DNA from: a virus
DNA: 64,000 nucleotides
Reading direction: 5' to 3' (one strand)
Virus record (IMG/VR): IMGVR_UViG_3300029243_000160
Location: 64,001 to 128,000 of that record
A program made the position numbers and the translations under genes. How positions within the stretch are numbered: the stretch's first letter is position 1; each line of letters opens with the position of its first letter. The notes beneath the pieces are model-generated. The model was given only the letters and a program-made list of their open reading frames with translations. It was not told the origin of the DNA and did no database searches. This document shows, piece by piece, positions 52,544 through 61,360 of the stretch.

Positions 52544-52569
52544 AAAAAGAGCAGGTTATCTGCCTGCTC
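52544..52569 (-). terminator. rho-independent terminator
   Basis: Minus-strand GAGCAGG-CAGATAA-CCTGCTC followed by TTTTTG and GTATGCTTGCACAAA. Confidence 0.7.
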
Positions 52570-52570
52570 C

Positions 52571-53098
52571 TTACAATTCCTGTTTCAAAGAGATGCCGAG
52601 CTTGTGAAACCGCATTTTGATTTCCTGCACACACGCTATGCCGATGCCTGTACAGTTCAAAAGTTCTTTTTCACTGTATTGTTTCAGAATCCCGATGGTA
52701 TCAATATCGTTGGATTTTAATGCTGTCGATGTCCGGAAAGAAAATCCAGCTTTCAAAACCGATGTATTTAGCAGCGGATTGGTTTCTGTCGGATTTCTTC
52801 TGCATCGGACTGAAAAGTATTCATCTTCCATAACACCGCCAAAATCCCGAACTACTTGTCGGATTCGCTCTTTTGTTACGCCGTACTCGTCAGCCAATCG
52901 TTCCAACGTATAGAAGTTGATATATCTTTTTTGAATGATTTCAGCATTTCTCTCATCGGTTCTGTAGAAGGCAGATTCTATCACTTCAACAAGCACATTA
53001 TGTTTTTCCTCGTCCAAGTCAATTCCGATTCGTTCCAGCATATCCTTCTGGAACGCTTTTCTACACAGCAGAGTGTTAATCTGCTCTTTACCTGTCAT
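52571..53098 (-). CDS. fusion of sigma-70 region-4-like HTH and RNA polymerase alpha-CTD-like domain
   Basis: AEIIQKRYINFYTLERLADEYGVTKERIRQVV matches the sigma region 4.2 pattern. FSFRTSTALKSNDIDTIGILKQYSEKELLNCTGIGIACVQEIKMRFHKLGISL aligns by eye with E. coli alpha-CTD [53 protein letters not shown]. Confidence 0.75.
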   Translation of the reverse strand: MTGKEQINTLLCRKAFQKDMLERIGIDLDEEKHNVLVEVIESAFYRTDERNAEIIQKRYINFYTLERLADEYGVTKERIRQVVRDFGGVMEDEYFSVRCRRNPTETNPLLNTSVLKAGFSFRTSTALKSNDIDTIGILKQYSEKELLNCTGIGIACVQEIKMRFHKLGISLKQEL

Positions 53099-53145
53099 GT
53101 CAATTACCTCATTTCTCTTTGCTTTTGCGTATAAGGTTATATTTA

Positions 53146-53174
53146 ATTATAGCACAGTAGTGTACATTTGTCAA
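53146..53174 (-). promoter_or_regulatory. cassette promoter TTGACAaatGTACACtactgtgcTATAAT
   Basis: 17-bp spacer. Drives the sigma4/alpha-CTD gene. Confidence 0.7.
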
Positions 53175-53241
53175 GGTGGTGTGTGCATCTGCTTGTGTAA
53201 AAGATTTGAGAACAGGATATGTCGTCTTTTGTACAGGTACA

Positions 53242-53273
53242 CAAAAAAGAGCAGCGAAAAAATCCACTGCTCT
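53242..53273 (-). terminator. rho-independent terminator
   Basis: Minus-strand AGAGCAG-12 nt-CTGCTCT followed by TTTTTTG. Confidence 0.6.
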
Positions 53274-53299
53274 TCTGCGAGATTGCGATTGATGTAAAC

Positions 53300-54247
53300 T
53301 TAATTCCGAAGCAAGAGAATTGTCTGAGCGTAATCCAGTGTGTCCGGTTCTCCGTCCAGAACAATAATCGACTTCACAGTTTCGTAGGTAACGACCATCG
53401 TTGCTTCCGAAGTCTTGTAAATGACAACTGGGTGTTCATCATCTTCTGCCTGTCCAGCTGTGCCTGCTCCCAGTTTCTTTTCAATTTCTCTTCGTTCTGT
53501 TCCAACAGTGATGCCGCCGCAAAACGTGATGTATTCCGGCTCTTCTTCGTTATATTCGCTGAATGCAGAATCATTTGTGTAGCCGATTCCCTTTATCAGC
53601 ATATCATCGGTAATATCCGGATTGGAAACCTTCGGAACGATTACGTTGCCTGCTCTGTCCAGCAGTTCCATGACGTAAATTGGAGATGTCGGTGAACCAT
53701 AGAAGGATAGTCCGTAGAAGTAAAAGTCCTGATTTCTCTCAACCTTCTTTGAGAAGCGATAAGATGTTCCTGTATCGGAGAGAATCATTTCTGGTGTAAC
53801 CTCTCTGATGTTATATTCATTGCCATCAATTGTGAAGTCGCCCAGACCTGCTTTCACATCATTTGTTTCGTCCACATCAGGCACAAGAGGCAGGGAAGCC
53901 TGCTCAGAACTGTATTGTGTGTTTTCACTGGACGAGTTGCCAGCTCCTGTGCCAGAGCTATTAGAACCAGCAGTGGACTGCTGATTGCTTTCTGTTGTAG
54001 ATTCCATTGTTGTGACAGTCTCTGTTGTAGATTCCAAAGACTGTGTTGTTGCATCTGGAGTTTCCGTATCATACGGATTGACTTCCATTTCCTTTTCATA
54101 AGCATTGATGCCGAGCTGTTCGTCCGTAGCACCAATACTGGAATCATCATTGTTTGCTCCACACCCAGATAGTGATGCGACTGCAAGAAGCATTGCAAAG
54201 ACGATTGCAAATCTTCTATGTTTGGGTTTATTGCTGTGTCTGTTCAT
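53300..54247 (-). CDS. lipoprotein (paralogue family A)
   Basis: Lipobox VASLSGCGAN. The C-terminal domain parallels 45925-47271 and 48068-48814 (…TILLLRN end). Confidence 0.75.
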   Translation of the reverse strand: MNRHSNKPKHRRFAIVFAMLLAVASLSGCGANNDDSSIGATDEQLGINAYEKEMEVNPYDTETPDATTQSLESTTETVTTMESTTESNQQSTAGSNSSGTGAGNSSSENTQYSSEQASLPLVPDVDETNDVKAGLGDFTIDGNEYNIREVTPEMILSDTGTSYRFSKKVERNQDFYFYGLSFYGSPTSPIYVMELLDRAGNVIVPKVSNPDITDDMLIKGIGYTNDSAFSEYNEEEPEYITFCGGITVGTERREIEKKLGAGTAGQAEDDEHPVVIYKTSEATMVVTYETVKSIIVLDGEPDTLDYAQTILLLRN

Positions 54248-54278
54248 GAGATAGCTCTCCTTTCTCTTATGCTTTCAT

Positions 54279-55103
54279 TTAGTTTTCGGTATTTTCAGCA
54301 TCGCCGATGGTGATTTCTTCATCAAAATCATCAGCATTGTCATTGCTGCTGTTACTGAATGAAATGTCGCCATTATCAAAGGCGTTGTACATTGCCTGCA
54401 TAGTGGTCATCATAATGTCTGCTTTCCATGTGTCGCCGACCTTTACTGCAAGCATAGTTGGTGCATAATCTGTCAGACCTGTTTCATCGGAATCTGTTTC
54501 CTTAAATTCCAGCGGAACAACGTATGCGGCATCAACTATATAATCAACCGGATTGCCGTCATCGTCCATTTCCTGAATGAAGTCGTTCAGTTCCTGCAAT
54601 TCTTCTTCATTCATCAGAACAGCTTCGCCGTAAGTGAAACTATCAGGATTGCCATACATATAGCCCTCTCCGCTTTCTGCTTCGCTGTCCTGTTCTGCTG
54701 CCATTGCCAGAATCTCATCTTTGGTCAGCCACTTTCCTTCATCGAGATAAGCATACAGGTCAATGTTGGTGTAATCGCAAACTGCGTTCCAATCCATCTG
54801 TCCATATGCTTCGTAGCCTTTACTTACAAGCTCAATAGCCTGCTCCGGTGTGATGTCTCCTGTGTACACAGTCACCTCAGCCGAAGTGGATTCTTCCGCA
54901 GAAGATTCCTGCGAACTGTTTTCTGCCTCGCTGTCAGAATCAGTCTGAGATTCCAATTCATCGTCCTGAATCGCTCTTACAGATACCTCAGAACTGGAAG
55001 TCGATGAATCCTTGCCACCGGAACAGCCAGTCAGTATTGTTGCACCCATGCTGGCAGCAGTGATGCAGGTCAGAAAAATTGCGATTGCTCTTGTTTTCTT
55101 CAT
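54279..55103 (-). CDS. acidic lipoprotein
   Basis: ATG 55103 (RBS AGAAAGGAC). Lipobox ATILTGCSGG. Mature part is D/E/S-rich. Confidence 0.7.
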   Translation of the reverse strand: MKKTRAIAIFLTCITAASMGATILTGCSGGKDSSTSSSEVSVRAIQDDELESQTDSDSEAENSSQESSAEESTSAEVTVYTGDITPEQAIELVSKGYEAYGQMDWNAVCDYTNIDLYAYLDEGKWLTKDEILAMAAEQDSEAESGEGYMYGNPDSFTYGEAVLMNEEELQELNDFIQEMDDDGNPVDYIVDAAYVVPLEFKETDSDETGLTDYAPTMLAVKVGDTWKADIMMTTMQAMYNAFDNGDISFSNSSNDNADDFDEEITIGDAENTEN

Positions 55104-55123
55104 GTACAAAAGTCCTTTCTGTG

Positions 55124-56239
55124 TTAATAGGTAATCGTGTTACCGTAATCTATTTTCTTGACGGAGCTGATGTTTGCTCCGAGGTCAAGCCCATTCCAGT
55201 TGTAGTAGCCCCAGCTTCCGCTGTAAGCCACACAAGAAGGCAATTCTTTGTCACTGTTATAGATAAATTCTACAACAGATTTTCCGTTGCCAGTTCCACC
55301 AAACCAATGGAATCTGCCGTCCAGAATACCGTCACCGTCAGCGTCTGATGCCCAGCCTTTGCTGTCACAAATGGACACAGTAAACTGTGTTCCGTTTTCC
55401 AGTTCAATCAGAAATCTGTCGCCAACAACGCCGTACCAAAGTCCCATTGCTACACAATAATCGCCATATTCATTTCGGCGAATTGTGGTGTCTGTGATAG
55501 GGTCTTTTACTGAACCTGCAATTGCTCCAGAAGACGGCATTGCAGTCAGTCCGGAAGCACGTTCTCCAGTGAAACAATTTGTCCAGCCCTCTTCGGTCTG
55601 ATACGTCTGAATCACATTGACTTGTTCCGTTTTTCCAAGAACCGTTGCAGGTGTAACACAAACATCGTTCTCTGTTTCACCGTCATTCAAAAGAGGCGTA
55701 ACGGAAATTTCGTACTCAGAATTTTCCCGAAGTCCGGTCAAATACCAAGTGTCATTTGCCTTTTCAAGGAACGTGATGTTTTCTGTGTATGGAGCGTAGG
55801 TAGAAACATCAATCTTGTAGTTTCTTCCATCTTCTCCGTCCCACGTCAGTTTCAAACAGGAAACTGAAATTGTGCTTACGGTCAAGTTGGGAATATCCGG
55901 ATTTTGTGTCGGTGTAAAGTTAGCTTCAATTGTGCTGGCTTCTGTTTCCGCTGTCGTAGTTTCTGTTGTTGTCTGTGTTGTGGCAGCAGTCGTTTCATGA
56001 GTGGTCTGCTTTGTTGTTATGGTTGCTTTTGCCGTTGCTCTTGTCGTCTTTTTGGTTGTGGAAGTACAAGTTGCTGTTGGTACTGTTGCAGTCTGAGTAG
56101 CAGTGATTTCTATTGCATCATCTCTGTCTGTCTGAGCAGCTACATTCGTGCCAAGTGCAGAATGGATTCCGACACCAAGCATGGCACAGCAACCGATTGC
56201 TCCGATTGCAACTCCTGTATAAATCATCTTACGCTTCAT
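55124..56239 (-). CDS. secreted/anchored protein: Thr-rich linker, FN3-like segment, C-terminal possible 3D/DPBB-like wall-hydrolase domain
   Basis: N-terminal TM/signal helix and a TTKKTTRATAKATITTKQTT linker. C-terminus GDRFLIELENGTQFTVSICDSKGWASDADGDG resembles 3D-domain proteins, but that call is weak. Confidence 0.6.
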   Translation of the reverse strand: MKRKMIYTGVAIGAIGCCAMLGVGIHSALGTNVAAQTDRDDAIEITATQTATVPTATCTSTTKKTTRATAKATITTKQTTHETTAATTQTTTETTTAETEASTIEANFTPTQNPDIPNLTVSTISVSCLKLTWDGEDGRNYKIDVSTYAPYTENITFLEKANDTWYLTGLRENSEYEISVTPLLNDGETENDVCVTPATVLGKTEQVNVIQTYQTEEGWTNCFTGERASGLTAMPSSGAIAGSVKDPITDTTIRRNEYGDYCVAMGLWYGVVGDRFLIELENGTQFTVSICDSKGWASDADGDGILDGRFHWFGGTGNGKSVVEFIYNSDKELPSCVAYSGSWGYYNWNGLDLGANISSVKKIDYGNTITY

Positions 56240-56270
56240 CGGTATTTACTCCTTTCTCATTGCTTGTCTT

Positions 56271-56468
56271 TCATATGAGTGTTTCCCCTCTGTGCTGTTC
56301 AATCCAGTGTTCCAGTTCAACAGAATCTACACGATAAATGCGACCAAACCGAATTACCGGAAAGCCGTCAGAGTTCATCAGCTCAATTGCTTTTTTTCTC
56401 CCGATATTGAAGATTTTCTGAACATCTTCCACACTATAAAATCGTCTTTTTACATCTGTTTCTTGCAA
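56271..56468 (-). CDS. excisionase-family/MerR-like small HTH protein
   Basis: TTG start with AAGAGGTGA RBS. YSVEDVQKIFNIGRKKAIELMNSDGFPVIRFGRIYRV. Confidence 0.6.
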   Translation of the reverse strand: MQETDVKRRFYSVEDVQKIFNIGRKKAIELMNSDGFPVIRFGRIYRVDSVELEHWIEQHRGETLI

Positions 56469-56484
56469 AGCTTTTTCACCTCTT

Positions 56485-57384
56485 TCAGCATACAGTCAGC
56501 AGGATTTTTGCAATTGCCAGAACCGCCAGATGTGCAGGATAAAAATATCTGCAAGTGACAATACAGGCTTTACTTTTCAGAATCTTTGTCAGCCATTTCG
56601 GAAGAATAAAGCACTTATGCTTTTCACTGCACTGTGCAAAGAAAAACAGAATCAGCAACAAAAATGTTGCCAGATAAACTGTAATATTACTTCCCATTGA
56701 CAAGATGAAAATTCCCATCGCAACAATCTGCCACAGCCACTTGCAATGCTTTCTGTTTCTTGCAAAATTGAACAGACCAACGAGCAGGATTCCTCTCCAG
56801 CTGTAATCAACTTTGAAATAATATGCCAGTGCAAAAATCACACCAAAAACAATTCCTGTTCCGCAATTCACAGCAAGCTTTCTTACTTTTCCAGTTCCAA
56901 AAAACTTGCTCCAGCATTTCTGATTACTCTGCAAATTATCCGTTATTGTCAGCATTAAAAAGCAAAGGAAGAATGTGAAAATCGTATTCTGCCCTTTGAA
57001 AATGTCCATGCTGATTTCGGTCGGGTTTTGCAAAGTTAATGCGAGGTCAAAAGGAATTTCAGATACCAACGCAAGCACTATCAAGCGTATCAGATGTCGC
57101 ATTGGATTTTGTGTGTGATAGAAGCTTTCTACAAACAGAAAAGCAAAGATAGGAAATGCAAATCTTCCGACAATGAGACACCACAGTTCTGCATTGTCGC
57201 CGATTACTCCGGTACTATACAATACCTTTCCCAAGTGGTCTGTTACCATTGTCAGAACCGCAATGATTCTGAGCAGGTAATACCATTCTGTTGAGATGCG
57301 TTCTGGACGAGTGGCAGTAATCGCTTTCTGCTCTGTCAAACGATGCTGCTTTTTCTCCATACGGATTGAACTTCTTTTTCCCAT
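56485..57384 (-). CDS. traX: TraX-family polytopic membrane protein
   Basis: WYYLLRIIAVLTMVTDHLGKVLY and multiple TM helices. Start uncertain (ATG 57384 or GTG 57396). Confidence 0.65.
   Translation of the reverse strand: MGKRSSIRMEKKQHRLTEQKAITATRPERISTEWYYLLRIIAVLTMVTDHLGKVLYSTGVIGDNAELWCLIVGRFAFPIFAFLFVESFYHTQNPMRHLIRLIVLALVSEIPFDLALTLQNPTEISMDIFKGQNTIFTFFLCFLMLTITDNLQSNQKCWSKFFGTGKVRKLAVNCGTGIVFGVIFALAYYFKVDYSWRGILLVGLFNFARNRKHCKWLWQIVAMGIFILSMGSNITVYLATFLLLILFFFAQCSEKHKCFILPKWLTKILKSKACIVTCRYFYPAHLAVLAIAKILLTVC
56924..56946 (-). promoter_or_regulatory. intragenic copy of the ATAACGGATAATTTGCAGAGTAA motif inside traX
   Basis: 22/23 match to the 45820-45842 copy. In frame it encodes ITDNLQS. 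Confidence 0.5.
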
Positions 57385-57418
57385 ATGATGATACACTCCT
57401 TTTTATAGTACATTATTT

Positions 57419-57474
57419 ATTATAGCCGTTTCATCAATCTATGTCAACCGTTACTGAATGTTTATATCCGTTAT
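57419..57474 (-). promoter_or_regulatory. promoter TTGACA-17-TATAAT with variant upstream motif ATAACGGATATAAACATTCAGTAA
   Basis: -10 at 57419-57424, -35 at 57442-57447, motif at 57451-57474. Confidence 0.6.
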
Positions 57475-57568
57475 TATCAAGAAAGAACTATAAAAGCACA
57501 TAAATGCACAATAAAGCTCAGTAAGCAGAAGAAACCGTGTAACGCAGTGATTCAGGCAAAGGAATAGA

Positions 57569-57621
57569 CTATAAGTATACCTTGCTATACCTATAGCCTA
57601 TCTCATACTACAGCTTATCAC
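57569..57621. repeat. repeat S2, partner of S1 (32394-32437)
   Basis: CTATAAGTATACCTTGCTATACCTATA + GCCTAT + CTCATACTACAGCTTATCAC. Same orientation as S1. Confidence 0.6.
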
Positions 57622-57692
57622 CTTTACCGTGTTGAGTATCTGGAGATTTCACAACGCTTTTCCACGATACAGTGTTGTTCTATGCGACTTTA

Positions 57693-58076
57693 CTACCTGT
57701 TTTCACGATTTGTCCAGCACTCGAAGCACATCTTTCCCTTCGATGCAATTATCCCCAGTTCTTTATATTCTCCGCACACACAGCACTTGCCCAGCAAGCT
57801 TTCCCGATACCATTTGCCGTCTTCCTTCTGGATAAACTTGTGCTTATAGTTCCGCATGATTTCCGGAACATTTCCGATGTACGTTACCACTCTTGCTTCG
57901 TAAATTATCCCACTGGAACAGTCCACGAAAACCACATTTTTGTTCTGTGCCTGAACTTCTTCCTGCACTTTACTCAGAAGCTGTTCCAGCTCTTGTCTTG
58001 ACATTGCGGAAATGATTCTGTCATTGCTCTCACAGTTCTCGTAAATGCTTCTGCCATTGCAGCTTGATTTCTTCAT
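57693..58076 (-). CDS. hypothetical protein with C-terminal CxxC..CxxC zinc ribbon
   Basis: RBS AAAGGAGAG; CCVCGEY...CFEC. Confidence 0.6.
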   Translation of the reverse strand: MKKSSCNGRSIYENCESNDRIISAMSRQELEQLLSKVQEEVQAQNKNVVFVDCSSGIIYEARVVTYIGNVPEIMRNYKHKFIQKEDGKWYRESLLGKCCVCGEYKELGIIASKGKMCFECWTNRENR

Positions 58077-58088
58077 AATTGCTCTCCT

Positions 58089-58622
58089 TTATCGGTCAAA
58101 TGAACGCTTACAAGGTTCGGTTTTTTCTGCGGATTCTTCTGCAAAGTCACGGACTTTTTCTCGGAGTTCTCTCTCATGGCTGTTGTCACAAACCAGAATT
58201 GTGATGTTCTCATCGTTGAACACTTCGATGATAATGGAAAGCACAACTTTCCACGGCATTTTGTCAAGTCCTGCTCCGATTTTCGGCATAGCCAACATCT
58301 TGATTCTCTGCTCTTTCGCCTGCTCTCTCAAATCGAATAAAGCGTTTCTCATGGTTTCCTCAGTCGGCTTGTGGAAGTAGTTTCGTTTCGTTACCAGATT
58401 GAACACTCTGCCGTCCTGCACACAGAAGCCCTTTGTCCAAGAGCCGTCCCATTCTGCAACCACGTTGCCGTATCTCTTTTTCAAATTTTCCTTTATATTG
58501 AAGTGCTTATTGAACTGAACCGCAATGCCTGCTCCCATAGCAAAATCAGCACTGATGCACTGCACCAGATAGTAGCTGCTTGGCACACAAAACAAGTCAC
58601 ATTCTTCATATTTGTAAATCAT
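58089..58622 (-). CDS. TARG1/OARD1-like macrodomain (ADP-ribosyl hydrolase family)
   Basis: ATG 58622 (RBS GAAAGGAGAA). VQCISADFAMGAGIAVQFNKHF...FNLVTKRNYFHKPTEETMRNAL...LAMPKIGAGLDKMPWKVVLSIIIEVF aligns by eye with human TARG1 ([21 protein letters not shown]...ITKKRASHKPTYENL...LSMPRIGCGLDRLQWENV). Confidence 0.8.
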   Translation of the reverse strand: MIYKYEECDLFCVPSSYYLVQCISADFAMGAGIAVQFNKHFNIKENLKKRYGNVVAEWDGSWTKGFCVQDGRVFNLVTKRNYFHKPTEETMRNALFDLREQAKEQRIKMLAMPKIGAGLDKMPWKVVLSIIIEVFNDENITILVCDNSHERELREKVRDFAEESAEKTEPCKRSFDR

Positions 58623-58640
58623 GTTTTCTCCTTTCAAGAA

Positions 58641-58871
58641 TCAATCGTACTTCCACTCTTTTGACAGACATCTGTACCAGTAGTAAGAGCTGCTTTCCTC
58701 TGGAATCGACTTTGGCATAGAAGTTGCAAATCCATCGTCTGAACAATAAATTTCCGGATTGTCTGATACCTTAACAGCCAATCCGACCAGCTCCAAATCG
58801 CCCTGAATCATGTTCAGAAAATGGCACAGCTGCAAGTCGTTCAAATTTCGGATTTTATCTAAAATTGTCAT
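58641..58871 (-). CDS. hypothetical protein (76 aa)
   Basis: ATG 58871 with GAGGTGA RBS. Confidence 0.5.
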   Translation of the reverse strand: MTILDKIRNLNDLQLCHFLNMIQGDLELVGLAVKVSDNPEIYCSDDGFATSMPKSIPEESSSYYWYRCLSKEWKYD

Positions 58872-58915
58872 AATTATCACCTCTCATTTTTCGACAAAAT
58901 CAAACTTTTTGTATG

Positions 58916-59179
58916 TCATGTAGTTTCAGGCATATCAATTTCAATGTCATTCAATATCGTTTTTTGTTCAGCTTGAAGTGCATCATATAATTTATTGAAT
59001 GCCAAAACTGCATCGAGTGATAATTCGGATATTGTTCTGTCCTGAGAACGACAGATTTGAGAATGAAGTTCACTGACATTGCGATACAATGTTTTTGCAG
59101 TGTACATTAACTCTGTGATTGCTTGTAAATTCTGAAAGTCTTCGTTATCCATACCGTAAAAAATATCAAAATGTTTCAT
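58916..59179 (-). CDS. hypothetical protein (87 aa)
   Basis: The ORF-track start is TTG; the first ATG is 59179. Confidence 0.5.
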   Translation of the reverse strand: MKHFDIFYGMDNEDFQNLQAITELMYTAKTLYRNVSELHSQICRSQDRTISELSLDAVLAFNKLYDALQAEQKTILNDIEIDMPETT

Positions 59180-59209
59180 AACAAGCACTTCCAATCAATA
59201 ATCAATGTT

Positions 59210-59566
59210 TCATACCGCTGGCTCTGCATCAACAGGCGGTTCTGCATCAGCCACGCCCTGCATTGCCTGCTCCATCTTCTGCCGCAGATAATATCGCATA
59301 TCTTCTCTGATTGCCTTTGTTGCAACGATATGCTTTACGTCTGATGCAACCTCAGTCATCATGCTGTCCACGATTTTCTTTGCAATCAGCTGTTCGATAT
59401 TTTCAGTCAGATACCGCTTGATTTTTTCCATATCAACGTGCTTGTAAACGTCTTCGATAACCTCGTCAGGCAGCATAAACTTTTTGAACTGCACAGTGTT
59501 ATACCGTCCGATGTCATGGATAACAGCATTCTCCACTGCTTCTACGATTCTTTCTTCAAATGTCAT
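59210..59566 (-). CDS. hypothetical protein (118 aa)
   Basis: AAAGGAG RBS is best spaced for ATG 59566. Confidence 0.55.
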   Translation of the reverse strand: MTFEERIVEAVENAVIHDIGRYNTVQFKKFMLPDEVIEDVYKHVDMEKIKRYLTENIEQLIAKKIVDSMMTEVASDVKHIVATKAIREDMRYYLRQKMEQAMQGVADAEPPVDAEPAV

Positions 59567-59584
59567 AATCATCGCTCCTTTGTT

Positions 59585-59794
59585 TTACTTCTGGTCAATG
59601 GTCGGTCTTTCTTCATAAGCGGAGCAGGTCATCTTCATTTCTCCGCTTGTCATATCAATGTTTGTGGTCTTCGGGATTGTACAAAGGCACATTACATTGT
59701 TCTTTCCATGTTGCGAAATAACCATTCCGTTGTTCATGAGAAGAACCGTGTCGCCACTTGAAACATTCGCCCACTTACATTTTTTACAATTCAT
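59585..59794 (-). CDS. hypothetical Cys-rich protein (69 aa)
   Basis: ATG 59794 with AAGGGGTG RBS; CKKC...C.C. Confidence 0.5.
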   Translation of the reverse strand: MNCKKCKWANVSSGDTVLLMNNGMVISQHGKNNVMCLCTIPKTTNIDMTSGEMKMTCSAYEERPTIDQK

Positions 59795-60269
59795 ATTGAA
59801 CACCCCTTATATTCATTTTCGCACCGCAGTACGGGCAATACGCAGTTTCCAAGGTTGCAAAGAAAAAGCTTCCGCAATTTCCACACACCAGAAAGCTTCC
59901 CATGAGTGTTTCACGCCGTTCCCATTTTGCATGAATCACAGGCTGAATATCTTCCACTGCTGCATTGTCTATCTGTTCCAATATTTCCAAATCATTGGGG
60001 TAAGACTTGCGTATCACAGCTTTCAGCTTGTCAACGTCAATATACCGGATAGTCTTGTCTTCATACGGTTCAAGGATTTTAGCAAACGGAGAATTTTCAA
60101 GAAAAGAATTGTCGTCATCTTCGTCCTCTGGTAGCACTTCACCAGAAACGACTTCATAATAGCAGTCTGCCCTGCCATAAAGGTCTGCCTTTCGTGTAAT
60201 CTTGATTACATTTCCAGTGTATCGGCAGTTGCCACCAACCCTATACTTTTTGCCAACCTCAATTTTCAT
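59784..60269 (-). CDS. hypothetical protein with C-terminal zinc ribbon
   Basis: RBS AAGGGAGAAAG; CGNCGS...CPYCG. Confidence 0.6.
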   Translation of the reverse strand: MKIEVGKKYRVGGNCRYTGNVIKITRKADLYGRADCYYEVVSGEVLPEDEDDDNSFLENSPFAKILEPYEDKTIRYIDVDKLKAVIRKSYPNDLEILEQIDNAAVEDIQPVIHAKWERRETLMGSFLVCGNCGSFFFATLETAYCPYCGAKMNIRGVQYEL

Positions 60270-60293
60270 GTGCTTTCTCCCTTACTGCTTTCT

Positions 60294-60488
60294 TTAGTTC
60301 GCTTCATCTTCCGAGACACTTACAGCTGGAGCGTTAGCAATATCATCAATCACCTTTTCCAGCAGCTTTATTCGTGCATCTGCACACTTCGCTTCTTCTT
60401 CTGCTAAAGCATTACGGAACGCCATCAGCCGTTTCAGCAATGCCTTTTCCTTTTCCAGCAGCTTTTCTGCATCAATATACTTACTCAT
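60294..60488 (-). CDS. small coiled-coil protein (64 aa)
   Basis: ORF track; K/E/A/L-rich. Confidence 0.5.
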   Translation of the reverse strand: MSKYIDAEKLLEKEKALLKRLMAFRNALAEEEAKCADARIKLLEKVIDDIANAPAVSVSEDEAN

Positions 60489-60512
60489 TTTTCTTTCTCC
60501 TTTAATGTTACT

Positions 60513-60842
60513 TTACGCATTCGCTACAGCTTTCGCCCAGCTTGTCACATCTGCGATGCACAAGTTTGCTTCTCTCAGTGAGAACTCTGCATGGTATGCA
60601 GGAGCATTTGCTTTTGTTTCTCCACCGAAGAAGTGTTCCTTTGCAAACAGGCGGTAAACGTCATCTCGCTTCTCAACGTGACACAGAAACATCTTCCTCT
60701 CTGCATCTACGTCCATGTAAATCATGATGTCCTCGCACCGTCTGACAGCATCTTCAATTCGCTTGCTGTTGCTTTTTGTGATAACGAATTTTCCCAGAGT
60801 GTTCCGGTACATATACGATACATTTTTCACACGATTGCTCAT
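60513..60842 (-). CDS. hypothetical protein (109 aa)
   Basis: Trimmed to ATG 60842 (RBS GAGAAAGG). Confidence 0.55.
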   Translation of the reverse strand: MSNRVKNVSYMYRNTLGKFVITKSNSKRIEDAVRRCEDIMIYMDVDAERKMFLCHVEKRDDVYRLFAKEHFFGGETKANAPAYHAEFSLREANLCIADVTSWAKAVANA

Positions 60843-60973
60843 ACGATTCACGCCTTTCTCTCGGTGTCTTAACGACCTTACATATACTATTTTATCATAT
60901 CTTACAGTAGATATATTGTGCTTTACTTTTCTGATTGGTAAACCTTTTGTAAACATCGGAAGTTGCAGTGTAA

Positions 60974-61360
60974 TTATGATTCGCTGTACCCATTGTTTTT
61001 CAAGAAAGAGTTTGCAACGTCTTCCTGATTCTCAAATAACAAATGCGGTCTTAGACAAGGCTCTGTATAAGGGACATTGAGTTCGATTGTTGTATCTTCG
61101 TCCACTTTCTTTATCTTTGAAATGATAAAATCGAAATCGTCATAACAGCAATCTCTGAACAAAAGAGATGGTTCTCCTTGAAACAATTCCATACAGCCAG
61201 CATTCACCAAGCCATAATCACTATCCATGTGTACCCCATATATCTTTGACTTTTTAATGTCTGGATATAGCAACAGAATACGATTATGCTTCTTTTCAGC
61301 ATAATGCGTTTTATATCCATTTTCTCGGTAAAGGCTTTCTATTCTTCTGAACGTATTCAT
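60974..61360 (-). CDS. hypothetical protein (128 aa)
   Basis: Trimmed to ATG 61360 (RBS GAAAGGAAAA). Confidence 0.55.
   Translation of the reverse strand: MNTFRRIESLYRENGYKTHYAEKKHNRILLLYPDIKKSKIYGVHMDSDYGLVNAGCMELFQGEPSLLFRDCCYDDFDFIISKIKKVDEDTTIELNVPYTEPCLRPHLLFENQEDVANSFLKNNGYSES

Larger units (their letters stand above)
32394..57621. mobile_element. possible 25-kb integrase-bounded module flanked by direct repeats S1/S2 (hypothesis)
   Basis: S1 and S2 are similar, co-oriented and intergenic. Int/xis sit at the S1 end with int transcribed toward S1. Against this: the same promoter cassette occurs inside and outside the module. Confidence 0.25.

Noticed and set aside
52410-52634. Long N-terminal extensions in the ORF track for the helicase (to 52634), AAA+ ATPase (to 43788), RNase HI (to 41445), YodL-like (to 50339) and the 109/128-aa proteins
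   Set aside because: The extensions translate the conserved promoter/terminator cassette, giving recurrent ...TLLCYN... and ...ITDNLQS... peptides. They also overlap upstream genes. Internal ATGs with good RBSs were used instead.
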